Shown: positions 50,181 through 64,000 of the stretch, piece by piece
How positions within the stretch are numbered: position 1 is the stretch's first letter
Layout: every line of letters starts with the position of its first letter
NCBI GenBank assembly: GCA_036172245.1
Contig: JAYWIR010000010.1
Coordinates: 3,968,001-4,032,000, forward strand
Length of the DNA stretch: 64,000 bases
Direction: 5' to 3'
Source of the DNA: Raillietiella orientalis
Taxonomy: Eukaryota
Position numbers and translations under genes: made by a program
The notes under the pieces: generated by a model
What the model saw: the letters and a program-made list of their open reading frames with translations, nothing else
Told to the model about the DNA's origin: nothing
The model's database searches: none

Positions 50181-50236
50181 CCGCCCTGATTGGTCCGCTT
50201 CCAGCCGCCACCTCGACAATTATCCTTGATTGGTCA
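50181..50236. promoter_or_regulatory. GC box plus two NF-Y CCAAT boxes
   Basis: CCGCCC (50181-50186) and two identical TGATTGGTC motifs (ATTGG at 50189 and 50229), next to a CpG-rich stretch at ~50280-51400. Confidence 0.5.
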
Positions 50237-50512
50237 AAGAAAGCCTTCGTCCCGTCTTCCCCCGGATAAACAGGCCGGGGAGCTGCTACTAATCAGGGAG
50301 GCGTTTGTTGCCGCGGCACCGGCTGCTCCTCAACCACCACCGACGCTTCCCGGTCGCTCGCCTGCTCCGGGCCGGGGATCTCTGCCGGCCCGTGCAGGGG
50401 AGAGAGGCGCCCCTTGTGTGGAGGAGCGTCGGCAGGCTGACCGTCGTCTCCCCAGGGTCGCCGTCGGACGGGCGTCGGCAGTACGCTGGCTAAGAGGCCG
50501 CGAAGACGACGC

Positions 50513-50536
50513 CAGCAGCAGCAGCAGCAGCAGCAG
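50513..50536. repeat. (CAG)n microsatellite
   Basis: Read directly. Confidence 0.9.
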
Positions 50537-52399
50537 AGGTCACTCTCTCCGGAGGGCGCGATTCGCTTCCCTCCCCTCCCTCCCTCTCCCTCTCGAGCGC
50601 TCCGAAGACGCACCCCACGCCCCTCCCTCGCAGGTCACCGTGGAAACGGGAAGCATCCGCTCGGCAGGATGAGGCACGCTTCGGGGGTCCCTCCGCGAGC
50701 TTCTGCCACCGCTCTCGACCCTCGGATCTGAGCGTTCTGGAAGCTCCTCCACGCTCTCGACCACCACGCCTCCCACCTACCCGTCCCTCCCTCTCCGGAA
50801 GGAAGAAGACGAGCGGGCTGATCGCCGAGGAAGAGTCAGCGCCTCTCCGAGCGGGGGTCGCACTCGCGCGCGCGCTGCGGACGGGGAAGACAAATCCCGC
50901 CCCCCTCTCCCTCCGTACCTCCCCCCAGCCCTGGACCCGAGGGGCCACCGAATCCGGGAAGCGCTCGACCCTACCTTTGCGCTCAGCTTCCCCATTCCAG
51001 CATCGCTCTGCCCGACGAAGCACACAGGGACGCGTCCAGCCGTGCCGCCGCCACGAGGGAAACGCCCGCCACGGCAGCCAGAGCGAGTGAGGCGACGCTC
51101 CGGTCCCGAGGCACGAGAGGCTGGCGAGGAGCGGCGGCGGACGAGGGCGCTGGTGCGCGCGCGTGGCAGCGGCTCCGACGTTGGTCCTGCGTGGTTCTCT
51201 CCGCTCCGTGCGCGAGCGCGGCAGCGGGAAGCAGCCGCTCCTCGCCTGCATCGTGGCTTCCGGGAGTCGACTGGCATCTTGCGGTGCTTTGGGCGTCGCT
51301 CGCGAGTAAGTCAGGAGGGTTCCCGACTCGACGGGGGAGGAACTCGACGGACTCCCTGATGACGCCCGCGAACTCAGGGAGGTGGTGGAGGGTGATACAG
51401 GAGGAGTTTCGTTCTCTGTGGAGCGAATTTCCTGAGCCAACCCCTCTGGGATGCACATCTCCTCGTGTTTTAGGATTCCGTTCGGAACACCCCCCTCCCT
51501 CCACCCATTCCACTCAGATCATGCCTAGCAAAGGATATTTCTATCTTTAGGCCTGGAGGAAGCCCTGGGATGGCCGTGCCTTCCGTCGTTACCTGCTAAG
51601 CTCCTGAATTTTCACAGAAAATGGGAAGAGGAGAAGTTTCAAGAATCCCGAATGGCCGGCGCCGTGACCAAGGCACGCTTTCTTTCTCAGCTCCGCTTTC
51701 CTTCCTCCTCCCTCTCTTCTTTTTTTTATCCCCTTGTCCTCTCAAGAGGGGAGAAGCAGCAGCAGTGGTGGGTCGACGCGAATAGCCTAAAAGCGGGGAA
51801 CGCGGTTTGACCGAGGTCGCAGCACCTCGAAGCCCCTCTGAGAAATCCTTGAGAGCGTCTGACCTTCCCCCTGCCTCTTCGAGAGGGGAAGGTCGGAGAT
51901 CGTGATCCGAAAAGGACGAGTGTGATGACTTTCTCCCACTTGGCCTTCCCGGTTTCGTCCAGGTCTCTCCCAAGAAAGATCCATGAATAACAACCTCCTC
52001 CTCCTCTCCCTCGGAACGAGTCATGCGGTTCCCCGGTCCCGGAGCGCTTGCTTTCAGCATCACTGCTAATGTTTTCAGAGCCCCAGTTCCTTGTCTCCCC
52101 CTCCCCTCCTCTGTCTCTTTTTCTCCCGAAGATCGGCGAGGCTGGCAATCGAGTGGGAAAAACCTGCTACCAGGAAGGACTGGGACCCCAAGAAGCTGCC
52201 GGTCTCGCAGTTTTCTCCCGGAGGCGCCAAGTGTCGTCTTGCTCGCCAAGTTTCCCGGTCCGCCGTCGGTGTCATGGAGTCTTCTAGATTTGGGGAAAGA
52301 GCCTGTGGAAGCAAACACTTCCTGGTTGCCAAGGACTGCTTCTTGTTGCCAAGTTGAGCTGACGGTTGTCGTTTCCAACTCGCTTTTTTTTTTTTAAAT

Positions 52400-53450
52400 C
52401 TGCAAAGCCTGCTGACGGGGCATGCAACCAACGGGGGGCGCGGGCATCGTTCACTTCCGCCACCAATTCGTCCTCTCCGAGCAGTTCCCCGGCAGTGGCT
52501 GCGCTTCTTGACGTCTCCTTCTCGACCGATGGCTCGCTCTGCGCTCCCAGCATATGTCCCGGGAATGATCAATGTTCGACCACCCCATTTCCCTCGCCGA
52601 TTTACTCCTGCCATCTCCTGGGGAACTCGCTGAGCCGTCGTCCACCGGATCTCGTGGGTTCTAAGATACCTTGGAATCCGGTGGTCCCATATGCAACGCC
52701 TCGGATGCTTCCCCTGAGGCGGTGTACCCTCCTCACCCGCCTTCTTTGCGTGGGCCTTCCACAAGAAGATGAGCTCGGGGTTTGTAAGGGCGGGCGACTC
52801 TAGGTAGGGTAACCCTTCCGTCTCCATGGGACACCAATCTGGTCGAAGATCGGAGTGCTGTTCACACAGGTCACTCGCTCCCGGTGTTCTCTGAGGGAGT
52901 CAACTCGTCATGACCTCTCGGGATCCACATGCTTCTTCGAGGCAAAATTCCGGGACCGTGGACTTCCTTGTCGACCTGAGCTCCATCCTTCCCCCCTACG
53001 CTTCCAGGAAGTCGCCATCTCTCTGCTGGGTGGGGCCTCCCCCGAACGAGGGACAACTCCATGACTTCACGGATAGGAAGAGGGGAGGCGGTTCTCAGGA
53101 AACGCACCCGCTGAAAGAACGCTCCTCGAATGCACCAGACTGCAGCAGGGGTGGACGGAGTCTCCTATGGGGTCCCCCAGGACCTACTCGGAACGAGATT
53201 CACCTCTTCTGGCTCACAAGTTTCCTCCTCCGTCGTGTGCGAGTGGCCAGCCGAATCTCTGCCGGGAGGAAGGGCATAGCCGGGAACTATCCGTGGTTCA
53301 CCGCCGATCCTCCTTGGAGAGCGCGACCCCGGCGACACGGAGCCCGAACCGGACCACAAAAGAGGCAACCCAAGCGGTCGAAAGCTGATCCGGAACGGAT
53401 GGGCAACGTTCCCGTTCCTTCTCCACGCACGCCTTCCGGAATCGCATCCG
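52400..53450 (-). mobile_element. highly decayed L1-like RT fragment
   Basis: DQ..AFDRL (DQEKAFDRV-like), IPRYLR (YLG-like) and WGGRTLII (SxGGRxxLI-like) in order, though spaced wider than expected. Confidence 0.35.
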
Positions 53451-56123
53451 CCGCTGCAACGAGGGTCAACCCCACCCTTGTTTGCCTCCAGACTTTTCCC
53501 TCTCTAGTTCCCCGTCCTTTCACTTCTGGCTGGTGCATATCGGACCCTCTTTGATTGAGAAACGATCGACTGCCGGCAGTCTGGACGCGGAACATTCCTT
53601 TCAAAACGCCCTGGAAGCTTCCAGACCAATGGGGAGGGGGTGGGGGTCAAGGAGAGTGAGCATCGTTGCGCCGCTACCCAGTTGTATCCCCGGCGAGGTC
53701 ACGACATGTCAGGGCAGGCAATGTTCGCGGGATCGCTGGGTCCGTGAGACCTAGCCAGCAGCCAGGCGCTCGAAACGCCGGGAATCCCTCGGTCTCACGC
53801 CGACCTCTCGAGGAAGGCTGCTGCGCGCCCCAACGTCAGACGCAGTCACAGCATCTGAATCATCCGAGTTCAGCTCGATTCGCAAGAGGAGGAGTCTAGT
53901 CAGTCAACTGCAGGTTCCGATGTGTGGACACCCCGCATGAATTCTTGAGGCAGAGCTCCCGGAAAGACAGCATCGAACCCTTATGAGCCGGGTTCGAACC
54001 ACGACGGTGAACTTCTCCCCCTTGTCCGAATTCTTTAGCTGAGAATGGAACCACAGGTGGATCGCTTTGGAAGTTGGCAGACGGCGCCCCGCGAGACCAG
54101 AGCGCTGCTCTCACAGATGGCAGCCAAAATCGCATCGCCACGAGGCAAAGTCGGCAGTCCCGTAAAGGCGCACAGCGCGCCGCCGATGCACCCCGACGCC
54201 CCCGCTCGCCGGGGGCCGAGGTGCCTTGCAGCGGGAGGGCGAACTCGCTGCGGCCTCCCTGCCGTGTGCCGTTCGCCTACCGGGGCGATCCCCTTCCTCG
54301 CGTGCTTATCTGTATCTCCTGCCTCCTGATCTCATCCTTCGTGGAGCGGTCCAAAGGCTCCGGGGCGAGAGCTCATGAGGAATCCAAAAGACGTGCTGCT
54401 TCCCGAGCCAGGTCCAAGCTCAGCCGCTCCTTCGTTTTGCCTCTGCCTTAATTGACTGTCTGCAATTCGTGCAAAGGAGGAGGGAAGGAACGGGAGGGGG
54501 AACGGAACGGGAAAGGCGAGAAGGAGGAGGAGAAGGCGCTTGCGAAGCCGTGGAGTGCCACATTCTCCTGTTTTATCGCCACCTGGATTACAGGAATATT
54601 CAACACGTGACAGAGAAATGCATCGGCACTCATCCGACGATGCCATCTCACCCACCTATCGGTTATGCCCCTAGCATGTGAACTGTACACGTGTGTACAA
54701 GACTGTAGGTTGATTTCGCAAGGAGGGTAATGTGGGATTCGCTTTCGGTAGGTTGAGCCGAACCCGGTTTCGGCGGAAGTCAGGACCCCAGGTTGCCGTG
54801 ATGTCTGTCTGCCTGGACCGTTGTGCAGCCAGGATGCGACTCGGTGAAAGTGGTGTGGCGTTCCCTCCTTCCCCTTCCCCTCCCTCCCCCACATGCGTCG
54901 TCTTACTGAAAAGGCAGGGGTCACTCGAAAAATCCTGGAGTGCGTGTCACGCACGAGGTTCGCTCATCTGGTCTCTTCTCAGGACCTGATGCGGAGATCT
55001 TTCCACACAAAGTGCACTCACGCTGTTTGCTTAGGAATTTCACTTTCATTTTTCAGACGTTTCGAAAACGAAAGATTTCCGACAGTTCTAGGGGTCACGT
55101 CGAAGCGGTAATTAATAATGATGGAAGGCGGGTCACGCGAGGTCGTCCGCGGAGCTCACGAGCGCCGATTTTCTGAATTTTTCCTGTTATACACGATTTG
55201 CTCGACCCCTCTCTTGCCTTGTGTACGCGAGAAAGGGGGGGGGGGAGGGAGAGAGAGAGAGAGAGAGAGGTTCCCTCCAAAGCCGGGCATCCGTCACCCG
55301 GGAACACCCCGGTCTTGGCGAGTTGCGATTTTGGAGGAGGCGTTCTACCGACTCCTTCCCGGAAAAGTTACACCAAACACCAACCGGGCACGCGACACCG
55401 ATCCTTTCGGAGGGGGGAGGAGTAACCGGTGCGTTTTCAAGATGGGTCGCGAGGCGCAACGCTGCCGCTCGCTCAGATCTGCGCCGACGGATTCCTGCTT
55501 GGCAGCTTGCGCGTTGCAGCATCCGCACCTCGGCCGGAAAAAAAAAATCCCGCGTTTCGATCCTTTCCGAGCGTCCTCCTCGCGCACGATCGCTGCGTCG
55601 GTTTTTTCTCGCGAGCTGCGCGATCAAGACAAAAGTGCAAAGGATCAGGGAAGCCCTCAAGATCGAAGAAGTAGGGCGTACCCGCGCGGGAAGCGACGAC
55701 TGAGAAATGAAGGATGTTCGTCACAGAACCCGCCGTACGCGTCGTCGTCGTCGTCGTCAAAGCCACCAGACGAAACTGGGAAAACACGTAAAAGTACTTA
55801 TCACCGCCTTGCGTCAAGCCGCCATTAACGAAGCCGTTAATGAACACCTGACTGTTCATTAACAACTGCTAGAGAACCGGCTGTTTGGAGACGGCGGGAA
55901 ATTAGCCCAAGGCAAACAGCCTATTGCAGTTCGTTCGAGGAACCATGTTGTTATGTGCTAAGAGGAGTTGACGACGAAAAGACAAAATTGGCGAAGAGAC
56001 GATCCCAGAACGTACTGTGCGGCAGCAACCCCATTCCTGGCACACCTGCATTCGTGTGCTCGCCAGTCAGAAAACCTCTCTTCCTTCTGAGTAAAGCAGC
56101 CACTTCAGTGAGGAGCCGCCTCC

Positions 56124-56126
<3 letters not shown>

Positions 56127-56166
<40 letters not shown>
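56127..56166. repeat. (CT)n microsatellite
   Basis: Read directly. Confidence 0.95.
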
Positions 56167-56169
<3 letters not shown>

Positions 56170-57998
56170 AACTCACAGAACTCGTTGAGGCTACATCATT
56201 AGTGTGATTAAGGCTTCAAAAATCAAACCCACGGACTTCCTAGCCCCCCCCCCCCCCATCACTGTTTAAAGTGACGAGCGGTTGCTAGACCCGTGGAACG
56301 GGAGCAGCAGCAATAGCATGAGGTCTCGGACTGGAACTGGAATCCACATTGCCAGAGGAACCTCCAGCCTTCGTCAGGAAGACCGTGGAACGAGAGAGTT
56401 TCTTACTCCCTTCTTTTTTACTCGGGCCTACACGTTTGCGTTCGAAGCGCAGTCGGTATCTTCGTGGCAACTAGATCGCCTTGGGATCCATGTCGACCAG
56501 TTTTCCCGGACGAGTTCCCAGGACCGGAGCTAGAGCTACGCTGCCCGAATAGAGACGCCGCGCAGAAGAAGCACGCCGCAAGCTCTCTTGCAGAACGGGT
56601 GCAGAACTTAATGTTCCCAGGCGCGACAGGGTAGCTGAACGAAAGAGCTGTCAAATCGCCACTCGCGTTCAGGAGGAAAAGGTAACGCTCAGAACTTGGG
56701 ATACAAATAAATCTTTACGGGAAAACAATTATCTCTTGACAAATATCCTTCCTGGACGGATAACACTTTCCTTCTTGGAACGGCTGGAAAAAACAGATAT
56801 AAATCTTTTTTCCCTCTCGCCTCCTGGAAGCACTTTTTCTAAATTAGATGCTAGGGGAAAGGACCTCATTGCCATCTAAGCAGAACATTCGAGAGCTGGT
56901 TTTTCTATTCTTCTATTTGTTTTACATCCAATGCCTGGGATGATGTGAGAAATTTCACTGGGCTTTCCCTATCGGTCAATACTCCATACTATGAGAAACA
57001 AACCGTACGATACGATCATGCAGGCTGAAAGTCGCAAAAGGAAGTAGTTATGCACGTCTCATTACATTCCGATAAGAAACCCAAAAAAGGAAAGCAAAGG
57101 ATATACATCCAGGAAATGATACTGCCCAGGGCTTCCAATCTTTTGTATACAAAACGAGTGAGTTTGCCCCAGAGTTTCTGCGGACGCTAATGGCCTACTT
57201 TTCAAAGTGCGCCTCCCTAAGGATAAAGAAGGCTGAAGAATAGCTCGTGCCTGTGGTAAACGAATGAGGAATTCTCTGGTACGTGTTTCCCTGTGCCTAT
57301 CCAGAATGTGGAAGAACGCGCGAGTCAACTCCCCCAACGAGTCGCTGCCCACCAGTACAAGTTTTCCTATCCTCCTAGCCCTGAATTCGTACACGGAAAG
57401 ATCGAGAGTTTCAGATCTTTTTTAATAACTCGTTCTCCGCCGGTCCATAAATACTGGAACCTCGGAACACATCTTCATTAATCTTGGTATTTGAAGTAAG
57501 AAATACCCCCAAACTGCAGGAACTGTACACGAATGCATCAGAATTAAAAAAAAAAAATGCACGTAAAAAGATTAGAAGATTAGGGAAAATTGCTGAAAAG
57601 TTGTGAACTTTGTGAAAGGAAACGATCGCTTCCGCAAGCTGCCCGAAATTTATTAGGAATACATCGGGAGCTCTAAAGGGAGTCGGGAGCTCTGCGGCCA
57701 CTCCATTCTTTGATAATTTCCTTTTTTTGTAGAGCAGTATTAAGAACTTATTAGACACCCGCCGAGGTGTACGAAAGCATTTTCCGTCTCCGAACGGTTG
57801 GTCTGAACATTCGGCAGATGGTCAGGTTCTGCTGATTGACCCATGGCAAGGGGATAGGGTCTTCCCTTTCGTTTCTCTCTCTACAGGGCTGGCGTCCCCA
57901 GCCCTGTAGCGGCGCGCGTCAGTCCCGAAAGCCGTGCTTCCAAGTGCTGCTCGCAGCACACCCAACTCTTCCACCTGATCCAAAGTAGCACCGCTCTT

Positions 57999-58047
57999 TT
58001 CTTCTTCTTCTTCTTCTTCTTCTTCTTCCTCCTCCTCCTCCTTCTTC
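57999..58047. repeat. (TTC)n/(TCC)n microsatellite
   Basis: Read directly. Confidence 0.95.
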
Positions 58048-61000
58048 GTTCTTTCTTTCTCTCTCCTGAAATGGCCAGCAAGAAAAGAAAAGGAGGGGAA
58101 GAACGGGGAAGCGGGGTGCACAGAATATCTTGAATCCTGCAACCAGTTTCCATCCAGTTCCATCTACGAAGTTTCGCGCAGCTATTAATCTTGGCAAATA
58201 GGGGAAGCGACTTTATTTTCATAAGATTTGCATTATTCTTCACGTCCGTGGAATCACACGGTGTCTTTTTTCATTTCCCTCAAACGAATGTTAAAACTTC
58301 CTCCTCATCCTACTTATCTTTCGGCTCTGCCTGCGGTTATGGAGCAGTCAGAAGCGTACCGTGAAATTAGATTTCCTTTTCGCAAAATAAGAGCGACTGC
58401 TACACTAATAATGAACACGAAAATGGACGATTAGTAAGCAGTTCGATCAGTGCGGAAAAGGAACCACGGATGCACGAATCAAATAATTAGGAACGAAACC
58501 GAAGTCATTAATTAGACCCGTACGATGAAAATTTACCTAGAGTCCCAAACTACATTCAGTGTACACGGAACTGTTACTATTATTATTATTATCACACGCC
58601 ACATCCATGGCATGACCTCATGACTGTGCTCGATGTATGGATAGCTATTCACATTTACTTGACAGACGTTTACGCCGTTGATCCTTCGCAGTTGATAAGT
58701 ATTTGCCCGATGGAGATGAATAGGAGTAGTAATACCTCAGCGCATTTGAAAGTATCAAGTGAACGGAATGGTCGACGTATGACATGAAACTTAGTAATAT
58801 ACAATTTGCGCATGAAATTGCAAGAGCATGCGATAGCAATCATACAATAAAATTATAATATGCGCATCACATATTACTGAGTGATAATTGCAATTCTTCC
58901 CTCACTACCTGAAATTTTCAAGGCACTTCTATTCCTATTAATTTTTTAACAACAGATGCCGATTAATTTTGAAGCGTTTAATGACATAAAATAATAGATG
59001 AGGAAAGTGATTTATTCCCATCTGATATGATGCTGACATGTAATCTAGATGAATATAATGTGTGCATATTAAATTATTGTACCATCCTACTTTCGATTAC
59101 TTTTACCGCGTTGCTGAAAAAGATGGCACCATTTTTATCATTTGGTACGGTGTTTTCGCATGCCAATAAATCATCGATGGAAATACGCGTCGCATTGGCA
59201 ACCCTTACGAGCAATTTCTTTCCGTAAAGCAAATTGCGGGAAGCGTCATGGAAACGCTGTTAGCTGCAGTCGGCCTTGGCCGCAGACATCTTCCTATCCG
59301 TACAGATGAACCCACGGCAAACTCTTTAATAAAAATCGGAAACACATATCGACACACTATTTATGGACGATGGCTGAGCTCAAGCGGTACACGGAGGAGT
59401 GTTTTCGCTCCCGTCGCCCTGGGAACAGAAGCATCGCATGACATTTGAATAAGCGTTCGAGCGAATGGCTAAACCTCAACAGCCTGCGTTGAATTACGAC
59501 AAAGACCGCAACCATAAACTATTCGCCTCCTCCGGAAAAGATCCTGCACGTGCTTCTCTCCTCTTCCTCGCACACCCGGATGCTGCGCGCGAGTGCGTGT
59601 GCTCTTCCTCGCCTCCTCGGAAAACTTTGGCCCAGCTTCCAGCTTTTTCTCTCTTCCAGGAGAATTTGTCCAGATTAGCGGACTTTGCCATCTGAATCAT
59701 TCAGAAGTTTGATTATTAATAATCGTTCCTTAATGGGCAAAAGGAAGACGAAGAGGGGAGGGCGAGGGGGGGGGGGGGGCAAATCCATGCTTTTTGTTTA
59801 CAAAAAAAAAAATCCCATTTTGCGCAAGCAAAATGGGAAGCTCATCCTTAAAAATAATCCATTTATTTCGGGAAATGAGTTTCGGTATCATTTGCGCAGA
59901 AGTGCGTTTCTCTTGTGGTACAGGTCTATATCCATCTTGATAAATACATTGGAAACTGGAATTTCCATTTGTTCCTGAGTAGCACTGCCTTTTCATTAAG
60001 ATGAAAAATCCGTTGCTTTATTGTGCTCCCTGCCTATTTTCATAATGAAAAACGATTCCTTACTCCTTTATTTGCCAATAAATTTCCAGCTGCTCGGTGA
60101 TATGAATCTCACGCTGTCAGATAATGTATTACAAGGATTTAACCTCTTAAGGTAAAGAGTTGTGAAGTTTTTTTTTTTTTTTTTTCCTGAGGACGGATGA
60201 TAATCTCCCTATCCAGAAAATTGGCTGCACTCTCAGGTAGTCTTCTCGTGCGGATTCCTGATTGAGCTCCGGATGGCATCCCCGAATGGATGCTCTCGCG
60301 ACCCCCTTCCCCCCCTGGCTTCCAGCTTTTGAGTTGCCACGATAATTAATGGATAATTTTTCGGATTTTGTTGAAAATGCCTTACTGACCCGAGGGGTAC
60401 AAATATTTTATGAAAAAAGGAATGAGCTTTCCTGGGAAGACCCACTGAACAAATGGGATAATAAAAAAAAAAAGGGGGGGGGGGAGGGGGAATAACAGAG
60501 AGCCTTTCCGGTGCCTTTTCCAGGAAACCGAATGAATTTTCACCATACCTACGGCGCGAGGGGAGGAGGGGAACGAAGGCTGGGCGCGATGGGGTTGCTC
60601 TTTTGTTCCTCTTCTTTTCGCGTAGGATTTTTCATCTTGGATTGCGAGAGGAGTTCGAAGGTGTTTTGATTTATCCACCGCTTCGAAATTCACCAACGGC
60701 TCCGAACAACGCGATTCGCTCCGAGTCATCCGGAAGGATGAATAATTTAATAATAAAACTCTCCGCCTTGTGCTATCCGCTGCTCGAGGAGCAATCATCA
60801 TATTAGTGATTGAATTAGACCTATCGTTCGCTCCTGTGCTCATGCAATATTTGCAAACACGGCGCGGCCCGTGCCCATGCGTACCCCCGGCATAATCTGC
60901 GACGGCTCTGCTGCGCTTTCTTCCGATCCACGAGTCCCCTTATCATGGAGAGGACATCTTCGAGTGCTCAGAAAACGTGACCCGTTGCATGCAGGGAGCG

Positions 61001-64000
61001 CACCACGGCTTTGATAATCAGAAGTGGGAAAAGCCGATTCTATGTATTATTTACATCGGCGCTCCGTCGACACAACGAAAACCCACGAAGGAACGGGAAA
61101 AAAAAAAAAAACCCCTCGTCCGGTGACGCCATCCCTGCGGTAAGAAACGTTCGACACAGAGAGAGAGAGATACGGGATGATCATTACTGGACGTGGGCTC
61201 GAGGGTACGCACGCTGCTTTATTTGCATTGCGGAAACCGCATTCGGTCATCTTGTGCAATGGTGTGCACGGCGATGTTCAGACCCCCACACCTGGACACC
61301 GGCCAATCCTTGGGAAAGACGCGAGCGTGGTTTGGAAATTTGCCGTGGATCGTGGATCGTGGTAGACCGATCAGAATGCTCCTCGGCGTTTTCATTCCCA
61401 GCAGCATCCCTCGAAGTTTCCAGCCAAATCACACCCTCATGTGTGATATTTGCACATCGCCCTTGGTGGGAATCGATCGAGTGACCTCTGTGCTGCTCCG
61501 GGGCGCGAGCAACCCGAGCGAGCACAAATCGCGCCACTCCATTGAATATCCGCAGCTTCGCAAAGTTTCGTTCATACCTTGTCCCTTCTCATTAATTTTT
61601 TGATCCCTTGAGCCTCTCGTGCTGAGACGCACGTGAGCGCATGCCCGCGGAGGTCCAGTTCGCCTCTTCATCTTGTCCGTTTTCATAAGATGCACGGTGC
61701 GGCGGCGCTGTCTCGTTTCTCTTGAATCCTTTGAGGATGCTCTTGGAATTCGTCCTGTGTATCAATGTACGAGTTCTTAAGAGATTTTATGAATCATAAA
61801 TCTGCTTTCTATATGAAGTATCCCATGACAATCAATTTGTCTGCGGGAACGGGGTGGAGAAAACGACAGATCATCGTAAAAATGATTGTTTTCCAAACCG
61901 TAAAACTTTGATGAAGGTTCAGCTGAAAATAGAGATGCAAGAGTTATCTAAACATTTATCAGGACTAAAAATCTTTATGCCGTGGCGAGGTCTGGTCCCC
62001 TGGGTTCTTCTTGGCTGTTTCCATGGAATTTCATGTGAGTTTGCCTGCTTCTTCTGCAAGTTTTTGAACGTCGATGCCAAAAAAAAAAAATAAATAAATA
62101 AAATACACTTTTCAGAGGTCTTAAAGAAGAAAAAAGTGTGTGAGATTCATCGCAGGAATCACTTTTCCCAGGCAGTGATTGCCAGACTGATGGAACTTTG
62201 AAAATTCACACTTTACGAATTCGCACTCTTGCGACGAAGGTGCTCCAGCTGGTGATCACCCTCCGCAGGCGCGATGCGTTCTTCTTGCTGGAGAACTCCG
62301 ATCTCTTCTTGGAGCGACCGCCGGTTGCAGCGCCGAAAGGAGGCAAAGTTGTCGTTCTCCGACGTCGATGAGCATCTGAGTCGAAAGCATCGGGAATTAA
62401 TTACGGGACGTGAATCAGAGTTCAGTTTACTCAAGGAGCGGAGCACTGCCCCCGGTCTAATAGAGAGCACATGTTCCAAACGTCATGCATCATCTGTTTG
62501 TTTGTTTGTTTGTTTTTTGCGCTTTTCACTGGGGCCTCCTGTGAAGGACAATCCAGGAGATCTTCGAGAGAGACCGGTAGTCGTGGAGGAACGTTCTCCA
62601 CGCATCTGCGTATTTGGGATCCAAGAAGTCGTTCGTTCCTCCAAGCGCCGTGGCTCCTTCCGCTGTGTCCCCACTCACCCCGGCAGGAGCACCACCGATC
62701 GTGTCGGAACACGGATTCCATTCAGCTGGCTGGTGGTTCCGTTTTCTTTTTGTCCCAGCTTCCGTGCTCCGATGGGGGGGGGGGAGTTTCCTGCTCAGAA
62801 CGCTGGAAAAGATGGTGCCACCGCAATCAACGTGGTTGTTGCAAGGTTTTATAAGTCGAGTCTTCTCATTTTAGGTTGCTCTCGGAACAGATTTTACCAT
62901 CCTCACTACTGAATTTCATTTGCTTTCGCAACGGCCTTTCTGCTAAGAGATGGTTAGTGAATCTGGAAGGAAGCAGTTCCTTTTAGAGGTCGGTTTCTTT
63001 CACAATTATTCTTGATAGCTGGATGCCAGAAGACACGCTACAGCTTCACCCCTTTCCCTTGCCATGATCACGGAATTTTTGACTGCATCCTATGCAGCTC
63101 TGAAATCCCATCGCAATATTTGCCTTTTACCCATCTGTAAATTCCTGTCGTTTCCGTATCACTCTAAAAAATGTACTTTCTGTTGTAGAACGCAGGAAAG
63201 CTTAGGCTTCTAGATTTCATCCCGGTTCATCTCATTCATCCCTGTTTACTCTAGATATAGAACTTAAGTGCATTCATTTCACCAATCTTTATCCCTTTAA
63301 AAATTACGTTCCTCTTCCTTAGTCACTGCGTTAATTATTAATTGAATTTGCGTCGGTTTCCTGTCCAATCGATTCTCGGCAAGTAAAAGAGAAGTTTCCG
63401 CTGGAGCCGTTCTTACAAGATGCAGCAGGAAGTTAACATTTTCAGGCGGTGGTAGTCTGCCAGAAAAAAAAAAAGGAAAAAAAAAAAAAAATTCTATCAT
63501 GGATTCCGATCGCTGCACACAAAGTCCAGAAGGATGCTTTTCGGAGTAGCCAGGAGATAAGTTTTCTTCGACGTCTTCAGGAAGCGACGACTGTGCTTTC
63601 GTGGAAAGCCGAAAAGGAGAGCAGACCGAGAACTTTCGAGATTCGATCATAGATTGAAAATGAAAAATTCTCTCCTTGATTCTGGAGCAACCTAACGAAA
63701 CTTCAATTAAATCGCAATGAAACGACTACCAATCGCTTGATGGCGAAACTTCGATTGGTTTCCAGATGAAGCAATAAGTCAAGCCCGAACTTTAAGTTTT
63801 CGGATTAAATCTGCCACATGGAGCTGGTTGATAGCATTTATGGGGTGTGTTTGGTTATGGCTTAAATAAAGATGAAACGATCCCCACCTTGATTTATTAT
63901 GATCTTGGGAAGAGGTATTCTGGAGAACTAATTAGGCATCAAGTAATGACACGTGAAAAGCCAGAAGCGGTGTTAAATTTCGAAGCCACTGTCGAAATAA

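Noticed and set aside
53973..54000. 8-bp hairpin and B-box-like GGTTCGAACC (similar words at ~2198 and ~30100)
   Set aside because: No A box or tRNA fold; expected by chance.
1..64000. CRISPR array, operon or other prokaryotic system
   Set aside because: No regularly spaced repeats and no dense intact coding; the sequence is intron-containing eukaryotic DNA.

Overview
This is eukaryotic genomic DNA, probably arthropod (spliceosomal introns, microsatellites, a short TTAGG tract, a Beadex-like protein). The only well-supported host gene is a LIM-domain-only (LMO/rhombotin/Beadex family) gene on the minus strand. It has three clear coding exons (36345-36134, 36073-35948, 33557-33374) and a tentative upstream coding exon (38654-38571). 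The first ~30 kb is a dense, bidirectional pile of degenerate L1/Tx1-like non-LTR retrotransposon fragments (endonuclease, RT, zf-RVT and 3' UTR remnants). Six copies end in a conserved stem-loop with a short loop, and none has a poly(A) tail. Two oppositely oriented repeat copies flank the LMO LIM exons as an inverted repeat. There is a probable relic of a DNA transposon encoding a YqaJ-type exonuclease at ~45-46 kb and a twin-CCAAT/CpG-rich promoter-like element at ~50.2 kb. The last ~7 kb is AT-richer non-coding sequence. Most ORFs in the track are spurious. TE boundaries are by eye and approximate.
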